A stretch of 37,037 nt of DNA from an uncultured Bdellovibrionales bacterium (GTDB lineage Bacteria; Patescibacteriota; Minisyncoccia; Moranbacterales; UBA1568). Every line of letters begins with the position of its first letter. The first letter of the stretch is position 1. The stretch lies in the NCBI GenBank assembly GCA_964385005.1, contig CAYLMF010000003.1, forward strand, positions 3,521 to 40,557. The letters run 5' to 3'. This document shows, in pieces, positions 23,489 to 32,521 of the stretch. The notes beneath the pieces were generated by a model, which saw only the letters and a program-made list of their open reading frames with translations, searched no databases and was not told the origin of the DNA. The position numbers were made by a program, and so were the translations under genes.

Positions 23489-24635
23489 ACTCTTTACGAA
23501 TAGGCATCATAACGTAAACGTACTCTGCTCTATTTTCCTCATTTTCTTCCAATGCTTCAAAAGTCGCTGGACTTGAAGAGGTATTGGCTGAAAAAACAAT
23601 CTTTTTGGAAGAAAAAGCACCCAATCCCTCTAAAAGATACCTTGGATTAAAAATAAGTGTTAATGGACTCGTTCCTTTAAGGAAATCCCCTACCAAAACA
23701 CTGCTATTTTCTCCGATTTCTTGTGATTTAGAAATGACCGTACAGTTTTCTTCTTCTGGATTAAAAATAAGTGCAATTTCACCTGTATTATAAGCTGAGA
23801 GAGTACTTGCTATTTTCAATGACCGCACAAGAGCCTCTTTATCCAAGGCGGCTCTCAAAAGAAAGTCTTTTGGAATAATCTGTTTATAATCAGGAAAACG
23901 ACCATTAATAATACGTGAAACAATCTGTACATTATCAATCTCAAAGAAAAGCTGATGTTCCTCTATAGCAATTTTTAATTCTTCCACTTCTGGTGTTATT
24001 GATCTTGATATTTCTTGCAGTGTGTTAATTGGAATTATAAGACTTTTACTTTCTTCACCATTGAGGACAGTATTTTTTGACTGATTGTACTTCAAAACCT
24101 CTTCAGCGAGACGAAAACTGTCTGTTGCGGCTATAGATAGCTGTTTTTCCTCAAAAAGAAACTGTGCTCCGGTTAGCTCTATACGAGATTCATTGTTACT
24201 GGAACAAAAAAGTAATCTTGAAAGGGCTTGCTTTATCGGTTGAGCTAGTAAAATAACTGGATAATCCTTTTTATACGTAGGAATAATAGGGAAATCTTTA
24301 CCGTCTAAAACCTTAATTTTCATCTCAGAGCTCCCGCTTTTGAGTAAAAGCTGGCTTCCGGTCAACTCTAACTCCAAAACTTCGCCTTGGGGTAAATTTT
24401 GGACAAACTGAGAGAGTATGCGAGCTGGTACAGCAAACTTTCCCTCTTTTTCAATTTTCGCTCCTACAAAAACCATAATACCTATTTCTAGGTTTGTAGC
24501 AGATATTTTGAGACGACCGTTTTCTGACTCAAATAAGAAGTTACTCAAAATAGGCAGTGAGCTTTGCTTCCCTACTACACGATCTAGTGCACTTAGGGCT
24601 TGTGTCAGATTTTCTTGTGTACATATAAGTTTCAT
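23481..24635 (-). CDS. dnaN: DNA polymerase III beta sliding clamp
   Basis: It is 384 aa and lies immediately downstream of dnaA. The N-terminus MKLICTQENLTQALSALDRVV..SLPILSNFLFE and the three-domain length are typical of the clamp. Confidence 0.9.
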   Translation of the reverse strand: MKLICTQENLTQALSALDRVVGKQSSLPILSNFLFESENGRLKISATNLEIGIMVFVGAKIEKEGKFAVPARILSQFVQNLPQGEVLELELTGSQLLLKSGSSEMKIKVLDGKDFPIIPTYKKDYPVILLAQPIKQALSRLLFCSSNNESRIELTGAQFLFEEKQLSIAATDSFRLAEEVLKYNQSKNTVLNGEESKSLIIPINTLQEISRSITPEVEELKIAIEEHQLFFEIDNVQIVSRIINGRFPDYKQIIPKDFLLRAALDKEALVRSLKIASTLSAYNTGEIALIFNPEEENCTVISKSQEIGENSSVLVGDFLKGTSPLTLIFNPRYLLEGLGAFSSKKIVFSANTSSSPATFEALEENEENRAEYVYVMMPIRKEYA

Positions 24636-24876
24636 AGATATTTTTTTAAAAAGAATAGTTATTATATATTAGGGCTGTGGATAACTGGATAAGTCTCTTT
24701 TTTGTTTATACGTAAGCTTTTTTAAGTGAATAAGAACTTATTTTATAAAGTAGATAGTGAGGCAGAATGAGTTAAAAATATATTAGGCAACAAGAGAGAG
24801 TGTTTGTGTTTCTTTTTATCCGAGCGCTCTCCAGGGGTTATCCTCACTATTTCTGGCCTTATACAGAGTTATACAC
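24636..24876. other. Candidate oriC segment in the dnaA-dnaN spacer (DnaA boxes plus AT-rich stretch)
   Basis: A perfect DnaA box lies at 24676-24684 (TGTGGATAA = TTATCCACA on the minus strand). Degenerate boxes follow it: CTGGATAAG directly adjacent, then TTATCCGAG (about 24816) and TTATCCTCA (about 24838). A very AT-rich tract at 24636-24670 lies next to the perfect box. Confidence 0.6.
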
Positions 24877-26319
24877 CTAAGAAATGTAATAGAGACGTTC
24901 TTTTATCTGACTGAGCTCCTCTTTTATTTTAGGAGAAGTTTCTTTTTCTTTATTTATTTTTTCAAAAGCATGGAGAATAGTGGTGTGATCTCTTCCTCCA
25001 AGCATGTCACCAATAGTAGAAAATGGAGTAGAGAGTTCTTGTCTCAAGATGTACATAAGAACCTGTCGTGGATGAGAGATTTCTTTTTTGCGACCCTTTT
25101 TGATAAGATCCTCGTGTTCAACGGAATAGTATTCACAAATAGTACTAAAAACACTCTCAGTACTGATGTTTTTGCGATTTTTTTCTAAAAGTTCAATAAG
25201 AATCTTCTCTGTATTAGCAAGATTGGCTGGTATTTTACGAAAATCACAGTAGGCAATTACTCGATTAAGGGCTCCTTCAAGCTCGCGAACATTCTGGTTG
25301 ATATTTTGAGCGATAAAACGGAGAGCATCCTCATCAATAGAAAGACCCTTCTCTTGAACCTTTGAGCTAAGGATAGCAATACGGGTTTCAAGGCTCGGTT
25401 GGCTAATGTCCGTGATCATACCACCTTCAAAACGTGAACGAAGACGCTCTTCAAGAGTTCCGATAGCTTTTGGTGGACGATCGCTAGAGATAACAATCTG
25501 CTTATTTATCTGATACAAGGCGTTAAAAATATGAAAAAATTCATTCTGAGTCTTTTCTCGGCCGGAAAGGAACTGGACATCATCGATAATTAGGAGGTCC
25601 ATCTGTTGATAGTACTCTTTAAAGATATCAATCTTCTGGTTTTTAATTGAATCAACAAGTTCTGTGGTAAAGCGTTCAGAAGTAATGTATTTGATGCGTT
25701 TTTCTGGATGGTTACGCATAACCTCGTTGCCAATAGACTGGAGGAGGTGGGTTTTTCCGAGGCCGACACCACCATAGATAAACAGTGGATTATAAAGCAT
25801 ACCAAGATTCTGAGAGACAGCGTGACAGGCAGCATGAGCAAGCTCGTTGTTTTCTGCTACGATGTAGTTTTCAAATGTATAGCGAGAATTCAAGCTGCTT
25901 TCATGGAAAACTTCCTTTTGGAGGGAGACAGAAGTGGCCTCTGATGAGAAAGAGGGTTTTTCTATGAGCTTTTTACGTACAAAGCTATTGGTAGTATCGT
26001 GGCTTTCCCCGCGCGGAATAGCAGCATCTATAGAACGGCTAACCGGCTTTGGTTGCTGGCTGGTGTATGGATCAGATAGGGAGATAGTACAGCGAATACT
26101 TTGAATAGTGGGGTTAAGGGTCCGGAGGGCTTTCAGAATATGGGTGTTGTACTTGTTTTCTAGCCACTCCTTCGCAAAACCATTAGGAACACCTATAAGC
26201 GCTTGATTGCCGCTTATCTCTAAAAGATTCGTGTTTTTGAACCAGGTAATAAAGTTGGCTTTCGAAAGAGAAAGTTCAATTTGGCCAAGGACAGCCTTCC
26301 AGAGTTCATCGTTAGTCAT
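24877..26319 (-). CDS. dnaA: Chromosomal replication initiator DnaA
   Basis: It has an AAA+ Walker A motif (GGVGLGKTHLL), a Walker B motif (LLIIDDVQFL), sensor motifs, and a C-terminal DNA-binding domain (PRQVLMYILRQELSTPFSTIGDMLGGRDHTTILHA). Confidence 0.95.
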   Translation of the reverse strand: MTNDELWKAVLGQIELSLSKANFITWFKNTNLLEISGNQALIGVPNGFAKEWLENKYNTHILKALRTLNPTIQSIRCTISLSDPYTSQQPKPVSRSIDAAIPRGESHDTTNSFVRKKLIEKPSFSSEATSVSLQKEVFHESSLNSRYTFENYIVAENNELAHAACHAVSQNLGMLYNPLFIYGGVGLGKTHLLQSIGNEVMRNHPEKRIKYITSERFTTELVDSIKNQKIDIFKEYYQQMDLLIIDDVQFLSGREKTQNEFFHIFNALYQINKQIVISSDRPPKAIGTLEERLRSRFEGGMITDISQPSLETRIAILSSKVQEKGLSIDEDALRFIAQNINQNVRELEGALNRVIAYCDFRKIPANLANTEKILIELLEKNRKNISTESVFSTICEYYSVEHEDLIKKGRKKEISHPRQVLMYILRQELSTPFSTIGDMLGGRDHTTILHAFEKINKEKETSPKIKEELSQIKERLYYIS

Positions 26320-26354
26320 AGAGGATTTCGTATCAGGTGACTAAAATTATAGCA

Positions 26355-26414
26355 TGTGGATAACTGAAATACGAGCCTTTTTAAAGCAATAATTGGTGCA
26401 CAACCTGTGGATAA
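26355..26414. promoter_or_regulatory. Two perfect DnaA boxes upstream of dnaA (autoregulation and/or second oriC half)
   Basis: TGTGGATAA occurs at 26355-26363 and again at 26406-26414, in the same orientation, inside the divergent dnaA / rpmH spacer. Confidence 0.7.
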
Positions 26415-26435
26415 GTAAAATAAGACACAGGGTAG

Positions 26436-26463
26436 TTGACTTTTCTGGCTTTTCTGCTACAAT
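26436..26463 (+). promoter_or_regulatory. Candidate promoter of the rpmH-rnpA-yidC-jag operon
   Basis: TTGACT (26436-26441), a 16-nt spacer, then TACAAT (26458-26463). It lies 34 nt upstream of the rpmH ATG. Confidence 0.55.
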
Positions 26464-26497
26464 CTAGAGACATTTTGCACTAGCAACCATTTCATAT

Positions 26498-26635
26498 ATG
26501 AAAAGAACATATCAGCCAAAAACTCGCAAAAGAGCTCGCCGTCATGGCTTTCTTAAACGCGCCAGCACTCCAGGAGGACGCAATGTCTTGCTTTCACGTC
26601 GCCGCAAGGGACGCTCAAAGCTTACAGCTGTTTAG
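26498..26635 (+). CDS. rpmH: 50S ribosomal protein L34
   Basis: It is not in the ORF track because it is under 60 aa. Hand translation gives [45 protein letters not shown], the canonical L34 sequence. It occupies the canonical position between dnaA and rnpA. Confidence 0.93.
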   Translation: MKRTYQPKTRKRARRHGFLKRASTPGGRNVLLSRRRKGRSKLTAV

Positions 26636-26643
26636 GAGAATCT

Positions 26644-26973
26644 ATGCTCAAAAAATCCTTTAGATTAAGGAGAAAAGAAGATTTTACAAGGGTTTTTCGT
26701 TCCGGAAAGCCTCTTTTTTTTAAGCCTTTTGGCTGTAAAATCATTCAAAATGATGCCGGTAATGATCGTTTCGGTTTTTCATTTAGCAAAAAGCACCTAA
26801 AAAAAGCAGTTGGACGCAATCGTTTACGCCGCAGAATAAGTGCTCTTTATCTAAAAGAAGAGTATAATTTTAAAGGTAAGGATATTGTTTTTTTTACTAC
26901 TGAACCCATTCAGAAGATTGAAAAGACGAGTTTAGAAGCCTTTCTTAAAAAAATAAATGATCTTGTTAGCTAA
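26644..26973 (+). CDS. rnpA: Ribonuclease P protein component
   Basis: It is a small basic protein directly after rpmH. It has an RNR-like basic motif (NRLRRR), and AGGAG lies 6 nt before the ATG. Confidence 0.85.
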   Translation: MLKKSFRLRRKEDFTRVFRSGKPLFFKPFGCKIIQNDAGNDRFGFSFSKKHLKKAVGRNRLRRRISALYLKEEYNFKGKDIVFFTTEPIQKIEKTSLEAFLKKINDLVS

Positions 26974-26979
26974 AAACCT

Positions 26980-27720
26980 ATGTTAGAGCTCTTTCATGTA
27001 GCTATTTATCAGCCCATCTATAATTCCCTCATCTTTTTTTATAACGTCCTGCCAGGAGCTGATTTTGGTTTTGCCATTATAGTAACAACGCTTCTTTTGA
27101 AGTTTCTTATGATACCGCTTTCTCAGAAGCAAATAGAATCTCAGCGAAAAATGCAGTTGATACAGCCAAAAATTAAGGAGCTTCAAGCGAAGTATAAGGA
27201 TAGAAAAGAAGAGCAAACAAAGGCTCTTTTGGAACTCTATAAGACAGAAAAGGTCAATCCATTCGCTGGTTGTTTGCCGATGCTGTTACCGCTTATTTTT
27301 CTACTCGCTTTTTATCAGGTGATTATTAATATTTCTAAGTCTCATTTTACCCTTCATGGAGCGGATCTTTATACGTTTGTAGCTAATCCAGGTACGGTAA
27401 ATCATCTGTTTTTTTCAATCGTAGACCTTTCTCAACCAAGCTATGTGCTCGCTATTCTCTCAGCTGTGGTGCTGTATTTCCAAATGAAGGAAATGATGTC
27501 AAACCAAGGAACAGATAAAAAAATTGATTGGTCAGCCAAGGAACCGGATTTTACTGCTATAATGAGTAAGCAGATGCTCTATGTTGGACCGGGTATGACA
27601 CTTTTTATCGGCTTCACCTTTCCAGCTGCCCTATCGCTCTATTGGTTTGTTTCGACGGTATTTGCGTATATCCAACAGAAAATAGTTTTTCTTAAAGCTG
27701 AAAAAGTGAAAAGTGTATGA
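26980..27720 (+). CDS. yidC: Membrane protein insertase YidC (short form)
   Basis: The position after rnpA fits. GFAIIVTTLLLKFLMIPLSQKQ, QPKIKELQAKYKD and the conserved NPFAGCLPMLL are typical YidC/Oxa1 motifs. Confidence 0.9.
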   Translation: MLELFHVAIYQPIYNSLIFFYNVLPGADFGFAIIVTTLLLKFLMIPLSQKQIESQRKMQLIQPKIKELQAKYKDRKEEQTKALLELYKTEKVNPFAGCLPMLLPLIFLLAFYQVIINISKSHFTLHGADLYTFVANPGTVNHLFFSIVDLSQPSYVLAILSAVVLYFQMKEMMSNQGTDKKIDWSAKEPDFTAIMSKQMLYVGPGMTLFIGFTFPAALSLYWFVSTVFAYIQQKIVFLKAEKVKSV

Positions 27721-28163
27721 TAAACGAAGAATATATCCAACAACAAGTAAAAAACTTACTAGAGAAAGCTTCTTTTTCTGGAGAAGTAACCGTGGAAAAA
27801 GAGGATAATCGTTATCGTGTGGCTATCACTACTGAAGATGGGGGGCTACTTATTGGACAGGGAGGTACTCATATTTTGGCTTTACAGCATCTTATTCGTC
27901 TTTGTCTGAGAAAAGAAAGTAAAGATGAAGAGATGAGTGTTTATGTGGATATAAACGGTTACTGGAAGGAAAAAGAAAAGACACTTGAACAAGAGGCTTT
28001 GGACGCTGCTAAAAAGGTGCTCGATGAAGGTGCTGACATAACTCTGCGGGCCATGAATGCTCACGAGAGAAAGATCGTTCACGATGTTTTGGCCACAGAA
28101 GCGGTAACCACAGAGAGTACCGGGTTTGGTCTAGATAGAAGAATTGTGGTTAAGAAGGCGTAA
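27717..28163 (+). CDS. jag: Jag / SpoIIIJ-associated RNA-binding protein (KH + R3H)
   Basis: It overlaps the yidC stop by 4 nt. A KH-like GLLIGQGGTHILALQHL is followed by a C-terminal R3H motif (ERKIVHDVL....STG...RRIVV). Confidence 0.85.
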   Translation: MINEEYIQQQVKNLLEKASFSGEVTVEKEDNRYRVAITTEDGGLLIGQGGTHILALQHLIRLCLRKESKDEEMSVYVDINGYWKEKEKTLEQEALDAAKKVLDEGADITLRAMNAHERKIVHDVLATEAVTTESTGFGLDRRIVVKKA

Positions 28164-28195
28164 CGAGACGCTATTTTCAAGCTAAAGTAAAAGAT

Positions 28196-29650
28196 ATGCC
28201 AGTAGCACGTAAGATTGCTTACAATGTTGTTTTTAATTCCTTGTTTAAGGTTTTTTCAACAGTAGTCCTCTCCCTATACTCTATCCGCCTTATTACGGAG
28301 TATCTAGGCCCAGATGGTTTCGGGAAGTATGCTACTATTCTCGCCTTCTTTGCTTTTTTCTCAGCTTTGGTTGATTTAGGGCTTGCGCAAGTGACTGTGC
28401 GTGAGATTTCTCGTGAAGGAGCGGATGAAAAAAGTATTTTTGGTAAAATATTCACCCTTCGGCTTCTTTCTTCTTCGGCCATTATTATCGTAGCTCCGTT
28501 AGTGCTTTTCTTTTTTAATTATGAAAAAGACCTTAAGATAGGAATCCTTTTTGCTGCTGTGGCAGTATTTTTTTCTTCAGCCTCACTGCTTTTAAATGGA
28601 ATATTTCAAAAAAACCTTGCCATGGATAGAGTGGCCATGGTGGAGTTTTTTGGAAAATTTTTACAGGTAGTTTTGGTGACTCTTATTGTGAAGAATGATC
28701 TGGGCTTTTTGGCTATAGCGAGCACTCTTTTGGCCTCACTTTCTTTTAATGCCATTATTGTTTTCTTCTTAAGCCGCTCTTTTGTGCGCTTTGGACTTGA
28801 TTGGGATGTGACATATTGGAAGAACTTTCTCCGAGAGTCCTCCCCCTTGGCAGCGACGGCAATGATTACCTTTGCCTATTTTAAGCTCGATACTATTATA
28901 CTTTCTGTCTTAAAGACAAGCGCTGATGTGGGTATTTATAATGTGGCCTACAAGATTATGGAAAACCTTATATTTTTTCCAGCCATGTTGGCCGGACTGA
29001 TTCTCCCCCTTCTTTCACGTACCCTTTTTACCGATAGAGAACTTTTTGAAGATATTGTAGATAAAACATTTAAAGTCTTTCTTCTTATTGTGTTCCCTTT
29101 GGTAGTGGGTACATGGGTGTTGGCACCAGAAATTATTACCATTATAAGTGGCAGCGGTTTTGGAGAATCTGCCCGAGTACTGCGTATCCTGGCTTTTGCT
29201 TTGGGCTGTATCTTTTTTGGTCACTACTTCACGATGCTTCTCATAGTCAGTAATGCTCAGAAAAAACTGATGAAAGCCTTGATAATAGCGGCCATTTTTA
29301 ATATCGGTATCAATTTTATTTTCATCCCAAAGTACTCGTATATTGGAGCAGCCTTTGTTTCTTTGGCCACGGAGTTTCTAGTAGTAATCCTTTTGAGCGC
29401 ACTAGCTTTTCGAGAAATTCGCTTCCGCCCTTCATTTAAGCCGGTTTTCCCTATTTCGGTAGCAACGCTCTTGATGGGAGGGGCGATGTATATTTTCGAT
29501 CATTTTTCTTTTATCGTTGCTGGCGTTGCTGGCGTAGTGGCCTATATGGTGGGACTTTGGCTCACAAAGGTGGTGACCTATAGAGAGATTCGTATGATTT
29601 TTTCTAATAAGGACACAGAGCCCATCCTGACAGACGGACCAATATCATAG
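28196..29650 (+). CDS. Polysaccharide / oligosaccharide flippase (MOP superfamily, Wzx-like)
   Basis: The 484-aa protein has about 12-14 TM helices. Its N-terminus (KIAYNVVFNSLFKVFSTVVLSLYSIRLITEYLGPDGFGKY) is typical of the Polysacc_synt family. Confidence 0.8.
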   Translation: MPVARKIAYNVVFNSLFKVFSTVVLSLYSIRLITEYLGPDGFGKYATILAFFAFFSALVDLGLAQVTVREISREGADEKSIFGKIFTLRLLSSSAIIIVAPLVLFFFNYEKDLKIGILFAAVAVFFSSASLLLNGIFQKNLAMDRVAMVEFFGKFLQVVLVTLIVKNDLGFLAIASTLLASLSFNAIIVFFLSRSFVRFGLDWDVTYWKNFLRESSPLAATAMITFAYFKLDTIILSVLKTSADVGIYNVAYKIMENLIFFPAMLAGLILPLLSRTLFTDRELFEDIVDKTFKVFLLIVFPLVVGTWVLAPEIITIISGSGFGESARVLRILAFALGCIFFGHYFTMLLIVSNAQKKLMKALIIAAIFNIGINFIFIPKYSYIGAAFVSLATEFLVVILLSALAFREIRFRPSFKPVFPISVATLLMGGAMYIFDHFSFIVAGVAGVVAYMVGLWLTKVVTYREIRMIFSNKDTEPILTDGPIS

Positions 29651-29653
29651 AAT

Positions 29654-30538
29654 ATGAATACAGAACCAAAGGTGGTGATAGTGGTTTTGAACTATAATGG
29701 AGAAAAGTGCCTACTGCAAACTCTCGAGTCACTTGATGCCCTTCGGTATAGAGAAAAGGAGATTGTGGTTGTAGATAACGCTTCAGAAGATGCCTCTTTT
29801 GCTCTTGCAAAACAAACATTCCCCCACTTTCACTTTAAATCACTCCCAAAAAACGGAGGTTTTGCTTATGGGATGAACGCCGGTATGCGCTTTGCCCTTG
29901 AAAAAGGAGCAGAGTATATCTGGCTTTTTAATTATGATGCTTTAGCAGAAAAGAACAGTCTTACAAATTTGGTTGAAAGCGCGAAGCTACTCGAGGAGCG
30001 TTCTTTGTTGAGTCCAAGTATTTCACATAATACCTCAGTTTGGTTTGAGGGAGGAAGGATAAACTATTGGAGAATGCGTGTTGAACATGTAAGACCAAGG
30101 GCAGTTCAAAACAAGCCATTTAAAACGGGCTTTTTAACTGGTTGCGCTCTTTTCCTCCCCCGTCTAGCTGTAGAAGAGATTGGTTTTTTAGACGAAGCCT
30201 TCTTTTTGTATTATGAAGATGCTGATTATAGTGAGCGTGCCCGGGCCAAGGGGTTTAGCTTGTACGTTATCCCTAATGCAAAAGTTACACACAGTGAAGA
30301 AAGTATTCACAACCCAAAAAAAACATACCACTTGGTTTTTTCTGGACTTTTGTTCTTTTCTAAACATACAAAGGGCCTATTTTCTTTTTATCAAGCCATT
30401 TATGGTATACTACGAAGACAAAAGAACCGATGGGATCTATTTAGGGGTAAGCCTTTAGCCCGAGAAGTTTCTCGAGCATACAGTGAATTTTATGCAAAAA
30501 AACCTTCCTTTTTTTTCAATAATTTACGTAAATTATAA
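29654..30538 (+). CDS. Family 2 glycosyltransferase (rhamnosyltransferase-like)
   Basis: VVIVVLNYNG, VVVDNASEDAS, GFAYGMNAG and YYEDADYSERA together form the GT2 signature. Confidence 0.85.
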   Translation: MNTEPKVVIVVLNYNGEKCLLQTLESLDALRYREKEIVVVDNASEDASFALAKQTFPHFHFKSLPKNGGFAYGMNAGMRFALEKGAEYIWLFNYDALAEKNSLTNLVESAKLLEERSLLSPSISHNTSVWFEGGRINYWRMRVEHVRPRAVQNKPFKTGFLTGCALFLPRLAVEEIGFLDEAFFLYYEDADYSERARAKGFSLYVIPNAKVTHSEESIHNPKKTYHLVFSGLLFFSKHTKGLFSFYQAIYGILRRQKNRWDLFRGKPLAREVSRAYSEFYAKKPSFFFNNLRKL

Positions 30539-31253
30539 AAGTGCCGAGTATCTGGCCAATGCTTTGAGGAGCGTAGCAGATGAAGAAGATTATAGGGATC
30601 TTGAGATAGTCATAGTCAACAATGATAGTGAAGAGAGTGAGGCAATCACTCGTCTTGGACAGGAGTATGCTTGTCGTGTTATCCAAAATACAGACAATAA
30701 GGGTTTTGGTTCAGCAGTTAATCAGGGTGTTCGGGTAGCTTCTGGTCAATGGATAGGACTTATAAACCCAGATACTCTTTGGCCAAAAGCGCAGTTTTCG
30801 AGACTCTCAGAAAAAATAAGTGAAAAAAACGGAATTATTGGCCTCTGTCTTTTGAATGAAGAGGGTCAGGAGGAGCGTTTTGGGAGCGGTCGGAGAATTA
30901 CACTTTGGCAACTGTTATTGAATCATCTGCCCTTTTTTGCAAAGAAAGATCCATTAGGATGGCTAAGTGGAGGGGCGCTTTTTTTTCCAAGGGAGTTATG
31001 GGCAACGCTGAAGGGTTTTGATGAGCGCTACTTCCTTTACTATGAAGATGTTGATTTTTGCGAAAGGGCTCTTCAGATAGGCAGAAGTATAGAGCAAGAG
31101 GCAGATTTTTCTGTCATTCACTTTAGAGGCAAGAGTCATTCTTCTTCAAAAAAACAAAAAAAGTACTACCGAGAGTCCCAGGAATACTATTTTTTGAAAT
31201 TTCGTCCATGGTATGAACAGCAAATTTTGAAATTGTTCCATTTCTTTTTTTAG
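30492..31253 (+). CDS. Family 2 glycosyltransferase
   Basis: FFSIIYVNYKS, IVIVNNDSEES, GFGSAVNQG and YYEDVDFCERA fit GT2. The track ORF starts at a GTG at 30483. I prefer the ATG at 30492, which still overlaps the upstream gene by 47 nt. Confidence 0.8.
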   Translation: MQKNLPFFSIIYVNYKSAEYLANALRSVADEEDYRDLEIVIVNNDSEESEAITRLGQEYACRVIQNTDNKGFGSAVNQGVRVASGQWIGLINPDTLWPKAQFSRLSEKISEKNGIIGLCLLNEEGQEERFGSGRRITLWQLLLNHLPFFAKKDPLGWLSGGALFFPRELWATLKGFDERYFLYYEDVDFCERALQIGRSIEQEADFSVIHFRGKSHSSSKKQKKYYRESQEYYFLKFRPWYEQQILKLFHFFF

Positions 31254-31258
31254 CGCTT

Positions 31259-32521
31259 ATGATTTTGTTGCTGTGCTATTTTTATCTTCTTTTACCCTTT
31301 AATTTTGCTCTAAACCCGACGCCATCGATTGATTTGCCGGTAGTGCGGTTGCTGATTATAGGTTTGTTTTTCTTTTTTGTAGCAGGAAGTCTGCTGAGAA
31401 AAAGATTTTTTATGAATATCTCATTTCCAATTCTCGCCCTTTTGGCATGGTTTTTTTGGGGAGGGATTTCATACATGTGGTCTCTCGATCCAAGTTGGTC
31501 ATATAGAAAAATCTTTTTTTTGGCTAACTTCTTACTCTTCTTTTTTGTTCTACTGGGACAAAAAGCAGATTTTTTGAGAAAAATCTTAAAATGGTATGTA
31601 TTTGGGGCAGTAAGCATAGCGGTAATAGCTGTTTTTCAGAGTCTTTCTCAGATTTTTGTTGAGCCGGGGGTAGTGCTGCATTTTTGGACAGAAAAAATCC
31701 TTCCATTTTTTCTTGGAAGTAATTTTTCTTCTTCAGTGGCCACCTATCCGAGTCTATTGGCAAATGTAGGAGGAAAAACGTATCTACGAGCCACGGGTCT
31801 GTTTCCAGATCCACACATCTTTAGTTATTATGTGGCTATGGCTTTGCCATTTGGAGTACTTTATTGGAAAAAAAGAATTTTTTTGAGTTGGTCGCATATA
31901 GGGATACTTTTCTTATCTGTGGGTTTTCTCCTTTCTTTTTCTCGTGGAGGCTACGTGGCCATAACACTTTGTTTTTTTTGGTTTCTTGTACTTTCATTTT
32001 TTTCACACAAAAAACAAAAGATAGCTCTACTTACGGTCGTAACAGGGATCTTTTTTATGGCCATGCTTATTTCTCCTATAGGCACGCGCTTTGTCTCAAG
32101 CTTTATAGCGGGTGACGGTTCACGAAGCGAGCGCCTTGAGCTCGCCTATCAGGCGGTAGAGGCCATAAAAGAACGGCCGTTTTTGGGTGTAGGTATTGGC
32201 AATTATCCTCTTTGGGTAAAGCCCGAGGCAGAGGCAAGGGAGCCGATTTATGCGCACAATATGTATCTTGATATAGCTACAGAGCTTGGTCTTTTGGGAC
32301 TTATCCTTTTCTTGATTGCTCTTTTTGGGGCCCTTTGGGCAAGTTTTAGGAAATGGTACTCTACAGATGACGCTTCTTATCTTGCTGCCCATATGGCATT
32401 GGTTTATTTTTTTGGGCATGGCTTTTTCGAAGCTCCCATCTTCTCTATCCATGTTTTACCGGTTTTTCTTTTATTAGTAGCCTTTTGTTTTGCAAAAAAT
32501 GATGATCGAGAATACCTATGA
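31259..32521 (+). CDS. O-antigen ligase / polymerase-like membrane protein (Wzy_C family)
   Basis: It is polytopic (about 10-12 TM helices). The Wzy_C-type loop region includes SFSRGGYVAI and HNMYLDIATELGLLGL. Confidence 0.7.
   Translation: MILLLCYFYLLLPFNFALNPTPSIDLPVVRLLIIGLFFFFVAGSLLRKRFFMNISFPILALLAWFFWGGISYMWSLDPSWSYRKIFFLANFLLFFFVLLGQKADFLRKILKWYVFGAVSIAVIAVFQSLSQIFVEPGVVLHFWTEKILPFFLGSNFSSSVATYPSLLANVGGKTYLRATGLFPDPHIFSYYVAMALPFGVLYWKKRIFLSWSHIGILFLSVGFLLSFSRGGYVAITLCFFWFLVLSFFSHKKQKIALLTVVTGIFFMAMLISPIGTRFVSSFIAGDGSRSERLELAYQAVEAIKERPFLGVGIGNYPLWVKPEAEAREPIYAHNMYLDIATELGLLGLILFLIALFGALWASFRKWYSTDDASYLAAHMALVYFFGHGFFEAPIFSIHVLPVFLLLVAFCFAKNDDREYL

Noticed and set aside
30492-30538. 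I considered whether the 47-nt overlap between the two GT2 genes marks a frameshifted single gene or a pseudogene.
   Set aside because: Both proteins are complete GT2 units, each with its own N-terminal (I/V)xxNY(N/K) motif and its own YYED(A/V)D motif. This is a tandem pair, not a broken fusion.
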